A stretch of DNA of 64,000 nucleotides from an uncultured Methanosarcinales archaeon (lineage in GTDB: Archaea > Nanobdellota > Nanobdellia > Woesearchaeales > CAYVYK01): positions 16,356 through 80,355 of the forward strand of contig CAYVYK010000006.1 of the NCBI GenBank assembly GCA_964455675.1, written 5' to 3'. Positions 37,608 to 46,357 of the stretch are shown piece after piece; within the stretch, counting starts at the first letter, position 1, and each line of letters opens with the position of its first letter. The translations under genes were made by a program, and so were the position numbers. The notes below the pieces were generated by a model. That model saw only the letters and a list, made by a program, of their open reading frames with translations, was not told the DNA's origin and made no database searches.

Positions 37608-39230
37608 TCATTCGATCTTGCGTTGATACTCTGCAGTGATCTTACTTAAGAAAGATTTCCTCGAAGGAACGAGATGGTACTTCATCGACTGCACAATCTC
37701 TGGATATCTGCTTCCAAGGCGTTTTGCAAAATCATGAGCAATCCCGTCCGATATTTTCCCCATATCATCCATATTCGGGTATAACCTCCTCATCAATCGT
37801 GCTGTCGCTTGATGCCTATGCAAGTGCGTGCATAGCTCATAGTCTTGATGGTTCACATCTGGCTTTGACTCCTCTACTGCATATACCGCCTTGAGGTATG
37901 CAACAGCAAGATCATGGCAGATCTGTTCCCGGAACTCAACGACTGACAGACGCCGAGTTACGGTGTTTACAACCCTCGCATAATTATCCGACGTATCACC
38001 AGGTTCGATCTCTCCTATCGTCAGCAAGTCGTCAACTGTCTGGTAATCCCTATCTGACAGCAATAATCCTGATGACCTCTTCCTCCATCGAAAGGAGTCA
38101 TCCCACTCACGTCTATCGCGTCGGTACATCGGAACAAGTACATCGCATGCTTCTTCGAGAATATTACGTCCGAGATATCTGTCGATTTCCAGCAGCGCGC
38201 GATTGTTCATCCCTATCCGGAGGCCTGAGGGATCAGCAAGCGCAATCCGCAGCGCGATCTCGTCAAGACCAGTGATATTGTTAACCGTTCCACTTTGCAG
38301 AACTCGGAGTGCAATTTCCCGCGCTTCTCCTCCGTCCATGATTACACCCTCACCACAGAAATGCTCAAAATCACGTGCATATCCCATGGCTTCCATTATA
38401 CTCTTTGGGAATGCAAGGCGGTGATAAAACACGGTTTTTGCAGGATTCTTCGTCGGATCGTGCAGCACCTCTGCGCTGTCATCATTCAGCAGATTGAGCT
38501 GTCGAAGCCTCTCCCGAAACAATTCTGTTCCGGACGTCGTCCTTATCGATTCCACTAATGTTCCAAAACTACCATTAAGTGGGTCTGCCATAATAGCCTG
38601 AAGCACGTTTCTCAGACGATTGTTACGTCCTTCTTCAGATTCAACTCCTTCAGCTTTGTTTGGAGTAGACATCGACACGTAACACCGCAAGAGCCGATCC
38701 TGGATATCCGTCGGGATATCGCTAATCTTCAATTTCTCGGAGAGTGTACCCTTAAATTCTGTAGGACACTCTTGAGCTTGATAATAGTCTGCTTTTGCCC
38801 GTTCGAGCTTGCGCTGAACCGACTGAACATGATCATTGTGAAAGATGTTCGTTGCTGTCTGCAAACAGTACTCATGTGTCACGAGAAGTGTTGGCATACG
38901 GTCATCGGTATTACGTAGCATCAGAATAAAACCGTACGAGGGTTCGTCCTGCATGCAGAGGGAGCATGCACCTTTGCCATATGCACCCTCGGCGAGAAAG
39001 TACCTCGGTGGATCCATCGTTTGCGGAGCAAACATCCGAAACGCATTTACCCTCACTTGTTCTGCGAGGGAGAGTGATTGCGCAATATTTTGCAGGACCC
39101 TTTCCCCACCAATATTCACGGCCATACGCGCCCTTCGTGCAGCATGATTTGGGAGCATCCCTGCCTCTAGCGCATGGCGAAGAAGAGCCTCATTTGTTTC
39201 ATCAGGAGTGAACGGTGTACGTATGTTCAT
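37608..39230 (-). CDS. large orphan cytoplasmic protein, unknown function
   Basis: 540-aa ORF with no TM and no motif I recognise; coding-like composition. Confidence 0.55.
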   Translation of the reverse strand: MNIRTPFTPDETNEALLRHALEAGMLPNHAARRARMAVNIGGERVLQNIAQSLSLAEQVRVNAFRMFAPQTMDPPRYFLAEGAYGKGACSLCMQDEPSYGFILMLRNTDDRMPTLLVTHEYCLQTATNIFHNDHVQSVQRKLERAKADYYQAQECPTEFKGTLSEKLKISDIPTDIQDRLLRCYVSMSTPNKAEGVESEEGRNNRLRNVLQAIMADPLNGSFGTLVESIRTTSGTELFRERLRQLNLLNDDSAEVLHDPTKNPAKTVFYHRLAFPKSIMEAMGYARDFEHFCGEGVIMDGGEAREIALRVLQSGTVNNITGLDEIALRIALADPSGLRIGMNNRALLEIDRYLGRNILEEACDVLVPMYRRDRREWDDSFRWRKRSSGLLLSDRDYQTVDDLLTIGEIEPGDTSDNYARVVNTVTRRLSVVEFREQICHDLAVAYLKAVYAVEESKPDVNHQDYELCTHLHRHQATARLMRRLYPNMDDMGKISDGIAHDFAKRLGSRYPEIVQSMKYHLVPSRKSFLSKITAEYQRKIE

Positions 39231-39480
39231 ACTACTTACAAGGGGTTACAACTGCCCTTTATAAACATGTGCGTTCCAGAATCCTCACGGGAGCGGCGAG
39301 CGGCAGCTTAAGCACACATGCTGCCTGAGATTGTCATCATACAACGTGTTTACGCCGTAGTCAAGCACTGACTTACAATTCGGGCATCTTGGTTCCAAGT
39401 AGTCTAAAGAATCGAACACATTCTGGGCGATTATAGTCCCCCTCCGGGCGTTTTTCTGTCTTCCATTTATTTAAACTTTT

Positions 39481-39984
39481 ATGTACTTGAGAAGACGATC
39501 GAAGGCTATAAAAATCAGTGTCACCACAGACCGGCACATGCGCCTCCTAATACCTGTCTTACTTGTCTTCCTCATATCATGTATATCAAACATCCAAATA
39601 AACGATTCGGACGTCTTACTCATCAGCGGAGATCGACTTAATGCGACGCCTGATCCAGAAGAGCCCGGATATAATCAAGAACTTGAGGATCCTCTCGATG
39701 TGGATCCTGGACAAGGAATTACCATTAAAGCCCAGAGCCTTGAAGAACTCGCTGTTCAGCGATGCATCAGAAGCTGTGTATCAAAGAAGCTCCATGGCCT
39801 TGACCTTGCTGCCGCACCGTGCCTCAACGAGCGTATCGTTGAGGATTGGTCGTGCGATATGGTGCATTCCCCACGAATCCCGTCGGACGATGACCTCACC
39901 AACCGTTGCAGGTCTTACTTTGATGGTGCTACCCATCATTTCATCGAAGTGGATACTGAATGTGAGCTCGTGACCGTGCGCTAG
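39481..39984 (+). CDS. secreted Cys-containing protein, unknown function
   Basis: N-terminal signal/TM (LLIPVLLVFLISCIS), 8 Cys. Confidence 0.4.
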   Translation: MYLRRRSKAIKISVTTDRHMRLLIPVLLVFLISCISNIQINDSDVLLISGDRLNATPDPEEPGYNQELEDPLDVDPGQGITIKAQSLEELAVQRCIRSCVSKKLHGLDLAAAPCLNERIVEDWSCDMVHSPRIPSDDDLTNRCRSYFDGATHHFIEVDTECELVTVR

Positions 39985-41066
39985 GCACGGAAGGTTTCGC
40001 GCTCCTGCATGTATATCCGCGCGAATTCTGCAAATATTGCCAGAAGAATCGGGCCAAGAATAAGTCCAATCATTCCAAAAAGCGCAAGTCCACCAAACAC
40101 TCCGAGAATGACAAGCACAGGGTGAATCCTCGCTTTTTGGCCAACGATCTTTGGTCGAAGAAGGTTATCACTTGACCCAACGATCAAGACGCCCCATGCA
40201 AGAAGTCCAATCCCGAGATACATACCTGTTGTATCACCAATGTGGGCTGATTCAAAGATCTTAATGAGCCCAGCGGGAAGCCAAATCACTGCGGTTCCAA
40301 AAACAGGAATAAATGAGGCAACAAGTGTAAGCAATCCAAGCGTCAGAGGCGACGGAATACCAAACAGGTAATACCCAATCACGGCTAGTATCCCTTGGAT
40401 GAATCCCAAGATGACCTGGCCATACAGCACACCCTTAATAGTATTATTCACCTGCCGGGCGATACTCTTTCGGTTGTCGGGCTTGAGCGGTATCATTTCC
40501 TCAATATACTGAATAATATTTTGTCCATCCTTGACCATGTAAAAGCAGATGAAAACCGCGATGAAGACCTGCGCAATGACGCTGGGGAGCGATGTGACAA
40601 AACCTTTCACCATGCTCACAAAAAAAGTGACACCATTATGAATTCCAGTCTCGATTACATTGGCATAAAAAGGATCGGAAGATGCTCTATGCAGCCAAGA
40701 AATCCCCTGGCACAAGAGCTCATCAGAATCTACGCAGGCTGTCGCTGTGATGTCAATCCCCTGGCTGAGCCGCACCAAATCCTGTGCCTCATTCACCATC
40801 GCAGCACCGATAATAAGGAACGGAAAAAGAATCACGCAGAGAACAAGAATGCACACTATCACAGCAGAGAGCCGCTCCATCTTCGTGAAGCGGAAGATCA
40901 ATTGGTAGACTGGGTAGAACATGTACGACAGGATCAAGCCTGCAACGATGCCTGTGAGAAAAGGCTTAATAATCAGGAACGTGATATAGAGCACAAGCGC
41001 GAACAACAGAATAAACATTATCTTGATCGTGTGCGTTTTTTCCATGAAGATATTCCACCGATACAC
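39981..41066 (-). CDS. AI-2E family transporter (PerM/UPF0118)
   Basis: 361 aa, 8 TM, C-terminal LRPKIVGQKARIHPVLVILGVFGGLALFGMIGLILGPILLAIF typical of AI-2E. Confidence 0.7.
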   Translation of the reverse strand: MYRWNIFMEKTHTIKIMFILLFALVLYITFLIIKPFLTGIVAGLILSYMFYPVYQLIFRFTKMERLSAVIVCILVLCVILFPFLIIGAAMVNEAQDLVRLSQGIDITATACVDSDELLCQGISWLHRASSDPFYANVIETGIHNGVTFFVSMVKGFVTSLPSVIAQVFIAVFICFYMVKDGQNIIQYIEEMIPLKPDNRKSIARQVNNTIKGVLYGQVILGFIQGILAVIGYYLFGIPSPLTLGLLTLVASFIPVFGTAVIWLPAGLIKIFESAHIGDTTGMYLGIGLLAWGVLIVGSSDNLLRPKIVGQKARIHPVLVILGVFGGLALFGMIGLILGPILLAIFAEFARIYMQERETFRA

Positions 41067-41156
41067 TCAAGTTTATAAGAATTTTCTTTACACTCGCGAA
41101 TACGAGCGAAAAAAAAGAGTACGCCAAGCACCAATCAGAGATTGCTGGTACGATGT

Positions 41157-41265
41157 GTTCCCCTCTCGCCACGCTCGATGGGCCCGCACGGACAATAGCG
41201 GTTCGCGTGCGCTCCCGCTAAGCCCGTGCGTTCCCCTCTCGCCACGCTCGATGGGCCCGCACGGA
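41157..41265. repeat. two 36-bp direct repeats (41157..41192, 41230..41265) separated by a 37-bp GC-rich palindromic spacer; each repeat carries a 13/14 copy of the tRNA-Val 3' end
   Basis: GTTCCCCTCTCGCCACGCTCGATGGGCCCGCACGGA x2, identical. The minus strand reads TCCGTGCGGGCCCA; the tRNA 3' end is TCCGGGCGGGCCCA. A further tRNA T-arm-like fragment GGTTCGAATCC lies at ~41326. Confidence 0.6.
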
Positions 41266-41291
41266 TTACTCCGAACAAAGTGAGGAGTTGC

Positions 41292-41312
41292 CAAAAACGC
41301 GAAGCGTTTTTG
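41292..41312. terminator. perfect 9-bp palindromic hairpin CAAAAACGC-GAA-GCGTTTTTG (T5 on either strand), probable tRNA-Val terminator
   Basis: Seen directly; located ~80 nt downstream of the tRNA-Val 3' end on the minus strand. Confidence 0.4.
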
Positions 41313-41392
41313 AGCACGAACCGACGGTTCGAATCCCAATCGCAAGCACATGTATGAACACAAACAGGTATTGCGAAGATAGTGTAGAAGAA

Positions 41393-41477
<85 letters not shown>

Positions 41478-41598
41478 TTATTGTCTGCTGGGATGCGCAC
41501 GTCTTTAAAAAAGTTGTCATTGACGACCTATGGACCTACTTTCCACAATCCACCATGTTGAGATACGCTTATGAGAACTACAGGAGTATACTCGAGGA

Positions 41599-42585
41599 TT
41601 ATACCGCGTTCTCAATCCGTGGATATGTTCCAGGCTCCATGAATACTTTATGGGTCTTCACAGCAATACCGTGTTCGGTTTTGGAAATTTCCCTTGCGCT
41701 CATGACTGCTGTGCCAAGCGCAACAAGCTCGTCCTTGAGAGACATGATCGCGACAGTCGCATCCGGTGAGACTGTATCATCAAACTTTGCGATTCCAGGA
41801 ACCTTGAGTAGCGCGCCATGACAGACCGCGTCCACAGCAGAATCAAGAATCCAGACCTTTGGCATTGCCTCGATGGCAGTCTCGATAGGATGCAGCACTT
41901 GTCGGATCCATTTATCCTTGCCTTCTTCCTTGTAATACCACAACGCATCCCGAACGTCCTGAAGTGTTACCATGGATTCATACGTGAAAGGTCCAACCTT
42001 TGTCCGAATGAGTTCGGCCATGTGTGCACCGACCCCTAACCTTAGACCGATGTCATGGCAGAGTTTTCTGATATAGGTTCCTGCCTCGCAACGGACACGG
42101 AACAGCACATCTTGACCTTCAATCTCCATGATTTCGAGCTCATAAATTTCCCGTTCGCGCCACTCCCGCTTCACCGCTGATTTAACAGGAGGCAACTGGG
42201 ACATTGTGCCAATGAACGAGAGCATCGTCTGTCGCACGAGTCCAGGATCGAGCTCCCGATGGATATGCATAATGCAGACATACTCTTTTCCAAGCGGGAG
42301 GAGTGCCTGCACAATACGTGTCGCGCGACCTGTCGCAACAGGAAGCACTCCTGTAACTGCAGGGTCCAAGGTTCCTGAATGGCCCGCTTTTGAGATTCCA
42401 AGAATCTTTTGAACATAATAGCTCACTTGGTGACTGGTTGGACCTTTTGGCTTATTCAGGTTGATGATCGAATACTTGATGAGTTCCTCAACAGATCTTG
42501 CTGTGGGAGCAAGGCCAAACCTCGGTGAAGTCTCCGCCTTTCTTTTTATGATAATGCTCATGATGCCATCAGAAAAGGATTCCAC
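41599..42585 (-). CDS. cbf5: tRNA/rRNA pseudouridine synthase Cbf5 (H/ACA RNP catalytic subunit) with PUA domain
   Basis: KPKGPTSHQVSYYVQKILGISKAGHSGTLDPAVTGVLPVATGRATRI (TruB catalytic Asp motif), C-terminal PUA. Confidence 0.8.
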   Translation of the reverse strand: MESFSDGIMSIIIKRKAETSPRFGLAPTARSVEELIKYSIINLNKPKGPTSHQVSYYVQKILGISKAGHSGTLDPAVTGVLPVATGRATRIVQALLPLGKEYVCIMHIHRELDPGLVRQTMLSFIGTMSQLPPVKSAVKREWREREIYELEIMEIEGQDVLFRVRCEAGTYIRKLCHDIGLRLGVGAHMAELIRTKVGPFTYESMVTLQDVRDALWYYKEEGKDKWIRQVLHPIETAIEAMPKVWILDSAVDAVCHGALLKVPGIAKFDDTVSPDATVAIMSLKDELVALGTAVMSAREISKTEHGIAVKTHKVFMEPGTYPRIENAV

Positions 42586-42634
42586 TTATTAATATTACTG
42601 GAGGATTTCGTGAATCCAAAGATTAAAATATCGC

Positions 42635-43246
42635 TTGCACTATTGTAAGCGTATGGGGCGGACGCATAGCAGATTCATTCTTGTGGTCTCATTCCTTGTT
42701 GGAAGCATTATCATGATTCTCGAGATGTCAGGATTCCGGATGCTCGCCCCAACATTCGGATATGACATCACAGTGTGGGCAAGTCTCATTGGTATTATCC
42801 TCTTCTCACTCGCAGTTGGATACGCGGTCGGGGGTAGAATCATTGATACATGGCCAACCATGCGGACGCTCTACATCATCCTTACCGTTGCAGGCGTCAA
42901 TTTGTTCCTTGTACTCGCACTCTACCCAGTCATCCTTCACAGTCTCAAGTCATCAGGGTATGGGGGGGCGATGGGGAGTGTTTTTCTGATCTTTTGTCCA
43001 CCGATGATCACATTAAGCATGGTGTCGCCATCAATAACGCGGCTCCTTTCAAGTTTTGAGACTCTTGGATTTACCTCCGGGACGGTTTATGGGATCGCCA
43101 CGGTTGGCAGCATTGTTGGAGTATACTTTTCCGCGTTCTATGCGTTGCCAACATTTGGGACGAGATTCACCATTGCTCTCTGTTTTATTCTCACATGGAT
43201 TGCTCTGCTACTTGCCTGGTACTCTAAACGACTTGCAGCACAGTAA
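42635..43246 (+). CDS. membrane protein (6 TM), unknown function
   Basis: 203 aa, multiple hydrophobic helices. Confidence 0.45.
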   Translation: MHYCKRMGRTHSRFILVVSFLVGSIIMILEMSGFRMLAPTFGYDITVWASLIGIILFSLAVGYAVGGRIIDTWPTMRTLYIILTVAGVNLFLVLALYPVILHSLKSSGYGGAMGSVFLIFCPPMITLSMVSPSITRLLSSFETLGFTSGTVYGIATVGSIVGVYFSAFYALPTFGTRFTIALCFILTWIALLLAWYSKRLAAQ

Positions 43247-43303
43247 CTTTTCCTTCTGTACTTGGACGAACCTGTTCATGTGTTATCTGTAGAATTCAAT
43301 CAG

Positions 43304-43462
43304 TCAATTACTTACTGGCTGCTCTTTAGGCCTTGGCTTAACAGGCTGGGGCGAGGGCGTCCTCCGCGCCAAGCGAAGAGTTACTTCAGCCGCAATGAAT
43401 GCCAATGCGACTATGCCAGCTGCGACCAATAACAGGCTCGGGACCTGCGACAATGCAATCAT
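43304..43462 (-). CDS. small single-TM protein (52 aa)
   Basis: Own translation: MIALSQVPSLLLVAAGIVALAFIAAEVTLRLARRTPSPQPVKPRPKEQPVSN; not in ORF track (<60 aa); weak. Confidence 0.25.
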   Translation of the reverse strand: MIALSQVPSLLLVAAGIVALAFIAAEVTLRLARRTPSPQPVKPRPKEQPVSN

Positions 43463-43657
43463 GTTCTCGACCAACGAAGTGAACGGATTACCCGTTTCCT
43501 AGCAGTTCAGGACACAAAAAAATAAAAAGACTATCATGACCGAACTGTACCTTTATCTGAATACTGATATATTGTTTTGATACATCAGTATACGAAATCA
43601 TATACTATACTAATATATAAATCTATCGTTTTTTCCATAGTCTACCGTCGAGAATGA

Positions 43658-44326
43658 CTAGTCTTGGAGCGAACGAGCTACTTTTCCATCAAATTTTGCC
43701 AGCTTCGAACGACACTGTTCAAACATCCTCGACCACATTGAGTACAGGACTCGTGCTTCCTCTGCGTAGTCCGGCTGCAATTGGAGAATTGGCACGGAGG
43801 CCCTCCGCAGAGCTGGATTTCCTGAAGGCCTTGTGTAGACGAGGACATTCCGGCTATTCCCAAGAATCTGTGCATGCATGTCAAGAATCCCTCGGGCAGT
43901 AGCCAACTCACTTGGCTGATCAAGCATTCTGATATCAGTCGCAGATTCCCCCCAATTTCTCAAACCTTCCTGAACAAGGTAGTCATGAGCGCGCATCCGC
44001 CGCATCTCGAGTCGCAAGTTCTCGGGAATTCCCGCACGCTGCATCAGCACTGTCTCAATCTCTGTGGCGGTTTCCAAGTCTAGAGCAGGACCTGCCCTTG
44101 CATAGAGCGGCTGACTTCGGGGTACTCCTTTTGGTGTATAGTGTTGCAGCACATCCCAACTTCTTGGACCAGAATCGTATGGACTTCCATCTGACCGATA
44201 ATGAGTTTTCAGATATATTACCCCTTCAGTAACGGCTTCAGTCCGTTTGGCGGAATCCACTGCACTGTAGAACGAATCCAACGCTGAGCTTATGCCCCGA
44301 GTTCTCGTTCTCATCTGTCTTCCCAA
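43658..44326 (-). CDS. hypothetical protein
   Basis: 222-aa ORF, no recognised motif. Confidence 0.45.
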   Translation of the reverse strand: MGRQMRTRTRGISSALDSFYSAVDSAKRTEAVTEGVIYLKTHYRSDGSPYDSGPRSWDVLQHYTPKGVPRSQPLYARAGPALDLETATEIETVLMQRAGIPENLRLEMRRMRAHDYLVQEGLRNWGESATDIRMLDQPSELATARGILDMHAQILGNSRNVLVYTRPSGNPALRRASVPILQLQPDYAEEARVLYSMWSRMFEQCRSKLAKFDGKVARSLQD

Positions 44327-44452
44327 AGGGTACTCCTATAATAATGTTACGTTTTTTACTACTTATTAGTAATAATCTATAATTTTCAAGTTTTGCGCAT
44401 ACTTCACAATAGCATTCCACCTGCGTATGGCACAACACCTAGAACTCTGCAA

Positions 44453-44833
44453 TCACTTGATCAAGACTGCGTTCACGGTACCTTCCTGGCCTGGCCGAGA
44501 AGTTATCCGGGCAAGTCCAAGCTCAGTCTCAATGATGCCTCCCTTTGTCATAATGTTACGTCTGACAAAGTTACGGTTTGCCTTATTATCCTTGATCGTT
44601 ACGATCTTTGCCTTATGAGACTTCTTGGTTTTTGGATCAAACACATTTGCCACATTGATCGTGATCAACTGTATCTTCCTATTGTTCCCAAGCGTCCGAA
44701 CGGACAACGCCTTCCGGTCTGCCAGACCCGTCATCATAGGTTCATGGCCGACCTCTGCCTTCCGTTTCTTTCTCCATGCTTTAAGTCTTCCACCCGTTGG
44801 GGAAGTCCTTGAACGAATATGAGCTTTTGCCAT
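44453..44833 (-). CDS. rps8e: 30S ribosomal protein S8e
   Basis: N-terminal SPTGGRLKAWRKKRKAEVGHEP (GGR...KKRK.E.G motif) and C-terminal half match archaeal S8e; 126 aa. Confidence 0.75.
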   Translation of the reverse strand: MAKAHIRSRTSPTGGRLKAWRKKRKAEVGHEPMMTGLADRKALSVRTLGNNRKIQLITINVANVFDPKTKKSHKAKIVTIKDNKANRNFVRRNIMTKGGIIETELGLARITSRPGQEGTVNAVLIK

Positions 44834-45099
44834 TCAATTCAGCAATTCCGCATTGTTTAAAAATATTGTGATTTACATCAACTTCGAAATATCAATGCAC
44901 ATCTCTCCATGTTCTCCATACATACAGACAAACTTAGAACCTCTCTTGGTCATTATGCTCACCTCATACCCATTTTATGAATGAACCTTTAATAATATCT
45001 TGTGGAGCTGAAATCCATAAGTATCGGTCAAAATGCACAAGCAGGCGCTCTATCAGGGATAGATTTATATAATACCCTTGAACCTTTCTATCCTCATTT

Positions 45100-45360
45100 T
45101 TGGAGGTTGTTACCATGGACAAAGTAGAATCATTCGGTCAATCACGGCCACTTGATACCTTGAATCGGGCGCGTGATAAGCAGGTCATCGTTGAACTCAA
45201 GAACGGAAAGCAGTTTGTTGGGTTACTACGAGCATTTGACATCCATATCAACGTCGTACTCGATGATGCAGAAGAGCGAGCGAATGGAGAATTATCCCGC
45301 AAGCTCGGACAAGTCTTCATCCGCGGGGATACGATAATCTTCATCTCACCTAGCAGGTAA
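45100..45360 (+). CDS. Sm-like archaeal protein (LSm/SmAP)
   Basis: Sm1/Sm2 motifs: VIVELKNGKQFVGLLRAFDIHINVVLDDAEE ... QVFIRGDTIIFISP; SD-like GGAGGT upstream. Confidence 0.75.
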   Translation: MEVVTMDKVESFGQSRPLDTLNRARDKQVIVELKNGKQFVGLLRAFDIHINVVLDDAEERANGELSRKLGQVFIRGDTIIFISPSR

Positions 45361-45365
45361 GTACC

Positions 45366-45533
45366 ATGGCGAAAGGAACTCCCAGCATGGGACGTAAGAG
45401 CGGCAAAAAGAACATGATCTATTGCCGTAGGTGCGGAGGACGCACGTACCACATCCAAAAGAAAACCTGCTCAAGCTGCGGTTTTGGATCCTCCAGCAGA
45501 CTTCGAACGTACAACTGGAAACGTAAGAAGTGA
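45366..45533 (+). CDS. rpl37e: 50S ribosomal protein L37e
   Basis: Own translation MAKGTPSMGRKSGKKNMIYCRRCGGRTYHIQKKTCSSCGFGSSSRLRTYNWKRKK (C4 zinc ribbon, L37e-like); conserved Sm-L37e gene pair; absent from ORF track (<60 aa). Confidence 0.75.
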   Translation: MAKGTPSMGRKSGKKNMIYCRRCGGRTYHIQKKTCSSCGFGSSSRLRTYNWKRKK

Positions 45534-45978
45534 GGGAACCTGTACCAACTCGAGTACCACCCGAAACCCTTCTTTTTCATTCTTGAAAACCAAGAGTGAG
45601 ATCTTCATAAACCCTAGATTCCTTTAGACAGAAACGACCTGGGTCATATCGTGCCAAGAAATCGCAATGTGGTTTCTGGGATAGTGCATGTGTTGCATAG
45701 TCCCAAACAATCATCACCCCTATTTTGGTTTGCGTAACCTCCATGATTTTGTTCTTAGCCTGAAGAAATCTCTAGTATTTGGGCACAAAAAACTTGATTT
45801 CTACATTTTAACAGGCTCATAAGTTATTTTTCTGTTTAGTATTAATTGGAACGATTGAAACGATAAGATCACTCTCAAGATGATCCCCTTGATGTAGTCG
45901 ACAGTAAGAACAAACTATATATAATCAATCTCACACTACTCATCCATATTATTATGTATATAGTATGCCTATACATAT

Positions 45979-46062
45979 GCGGATGTGCCGGAGTGGCCAA
46001 ACGGGCATGGCTTAGGACCATGTGGCTTAGTGCCTGCGCAGGTTCGAACCCTGCCGTCCGCA
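45979..46062 (+). tRNA. tRNA-Leu (anticodon TAG), class II with long variable arm
   Basis: Acceptor GCGGATG/CGTCCGC (one G-U), anticodon stem CATGG/CCATG, loop CTTAGGA, 15-nt variable arm, T-arm GCAGG-TTCGAAC-CCTGC, discriminator A; TATA-like TATGTATATAG ~25 bp upstream. Confidence 0.85.
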
Positions 46063-46241
46063 TCCATAGTTTTTTATAGCATATATTGATTTCCATAGGT
46101 TACTAGAGAGGTTTTGCCGTGCACAACCCCTATCTGCTTTATACTATTTTACAGTGATAACGGCCTCATTCCGCGGAATTCTGTGGATCTAGGCCTTCCT
46201 GGCAATGTCCAGGTGTGCCATACTAGGGGTATGGCGAAAGT

Positions 46242-46249
46242 TTTATAAA
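46242..46249 (+). promoter_or_regulatory. putative archaeal TATA box (TTTATAAA) for the S-layer gene
   Basis: AAAGTTTTATAAAGC ~110 bp upstream of ATG; strong SD GGAGGTG at 46345-46351. Confidence 0.35.
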
Positions 46250-46357
46250 GCAGAACTGTTACGGTAGCCTAATCGTTGGATCGCGGGACATTCCAGTTCT
46301 GTAGGTCTACGTAGTGCATATGATTATGCAACAAAGTATAAACACGGAGGTGTTTAG

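Noticed and set aside
41157-41265. CRISPR-like geometry: two 36-bp identical repeats with one 37-bp spacer
   Set aside because: There are only two units. No cas genes, leader or further repeats appear anywhere in the window. The repeat contains a near-exact copy of the adjacent tRNA 3' end, which points to an att-site relic or operator, not CRISPR.
41067-41392. Possible RNase P RNA or other structured ncRNA in the GC-rich, hairpin-rich region next to tRNA-Val
   Set aside because: None of the conserved RNase P elements (GNAANNUC/GGGC P4 strands, AGGGUGAAA-type CR-V) are found on either strand. The structure is better explained by tRNA-fragment repeats plus a terminator hairpin.
45138-45458. 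106-aa ORF on the minus strand
   Set aside because: It is antisense to the strongly supported Sm-like and L37e genes.
45534-45978. Possible C/D-box or H/ACA sRNA in the 440-bp spacer between rpl37e and tRNA-Leu
   Set aside because: There are only partial box matches (GATGATC, TTGATGT) and no convincing C/D plus D'/C' arrangement or ACA-terminated hairpins. I cannot support this without a covariance-model search.
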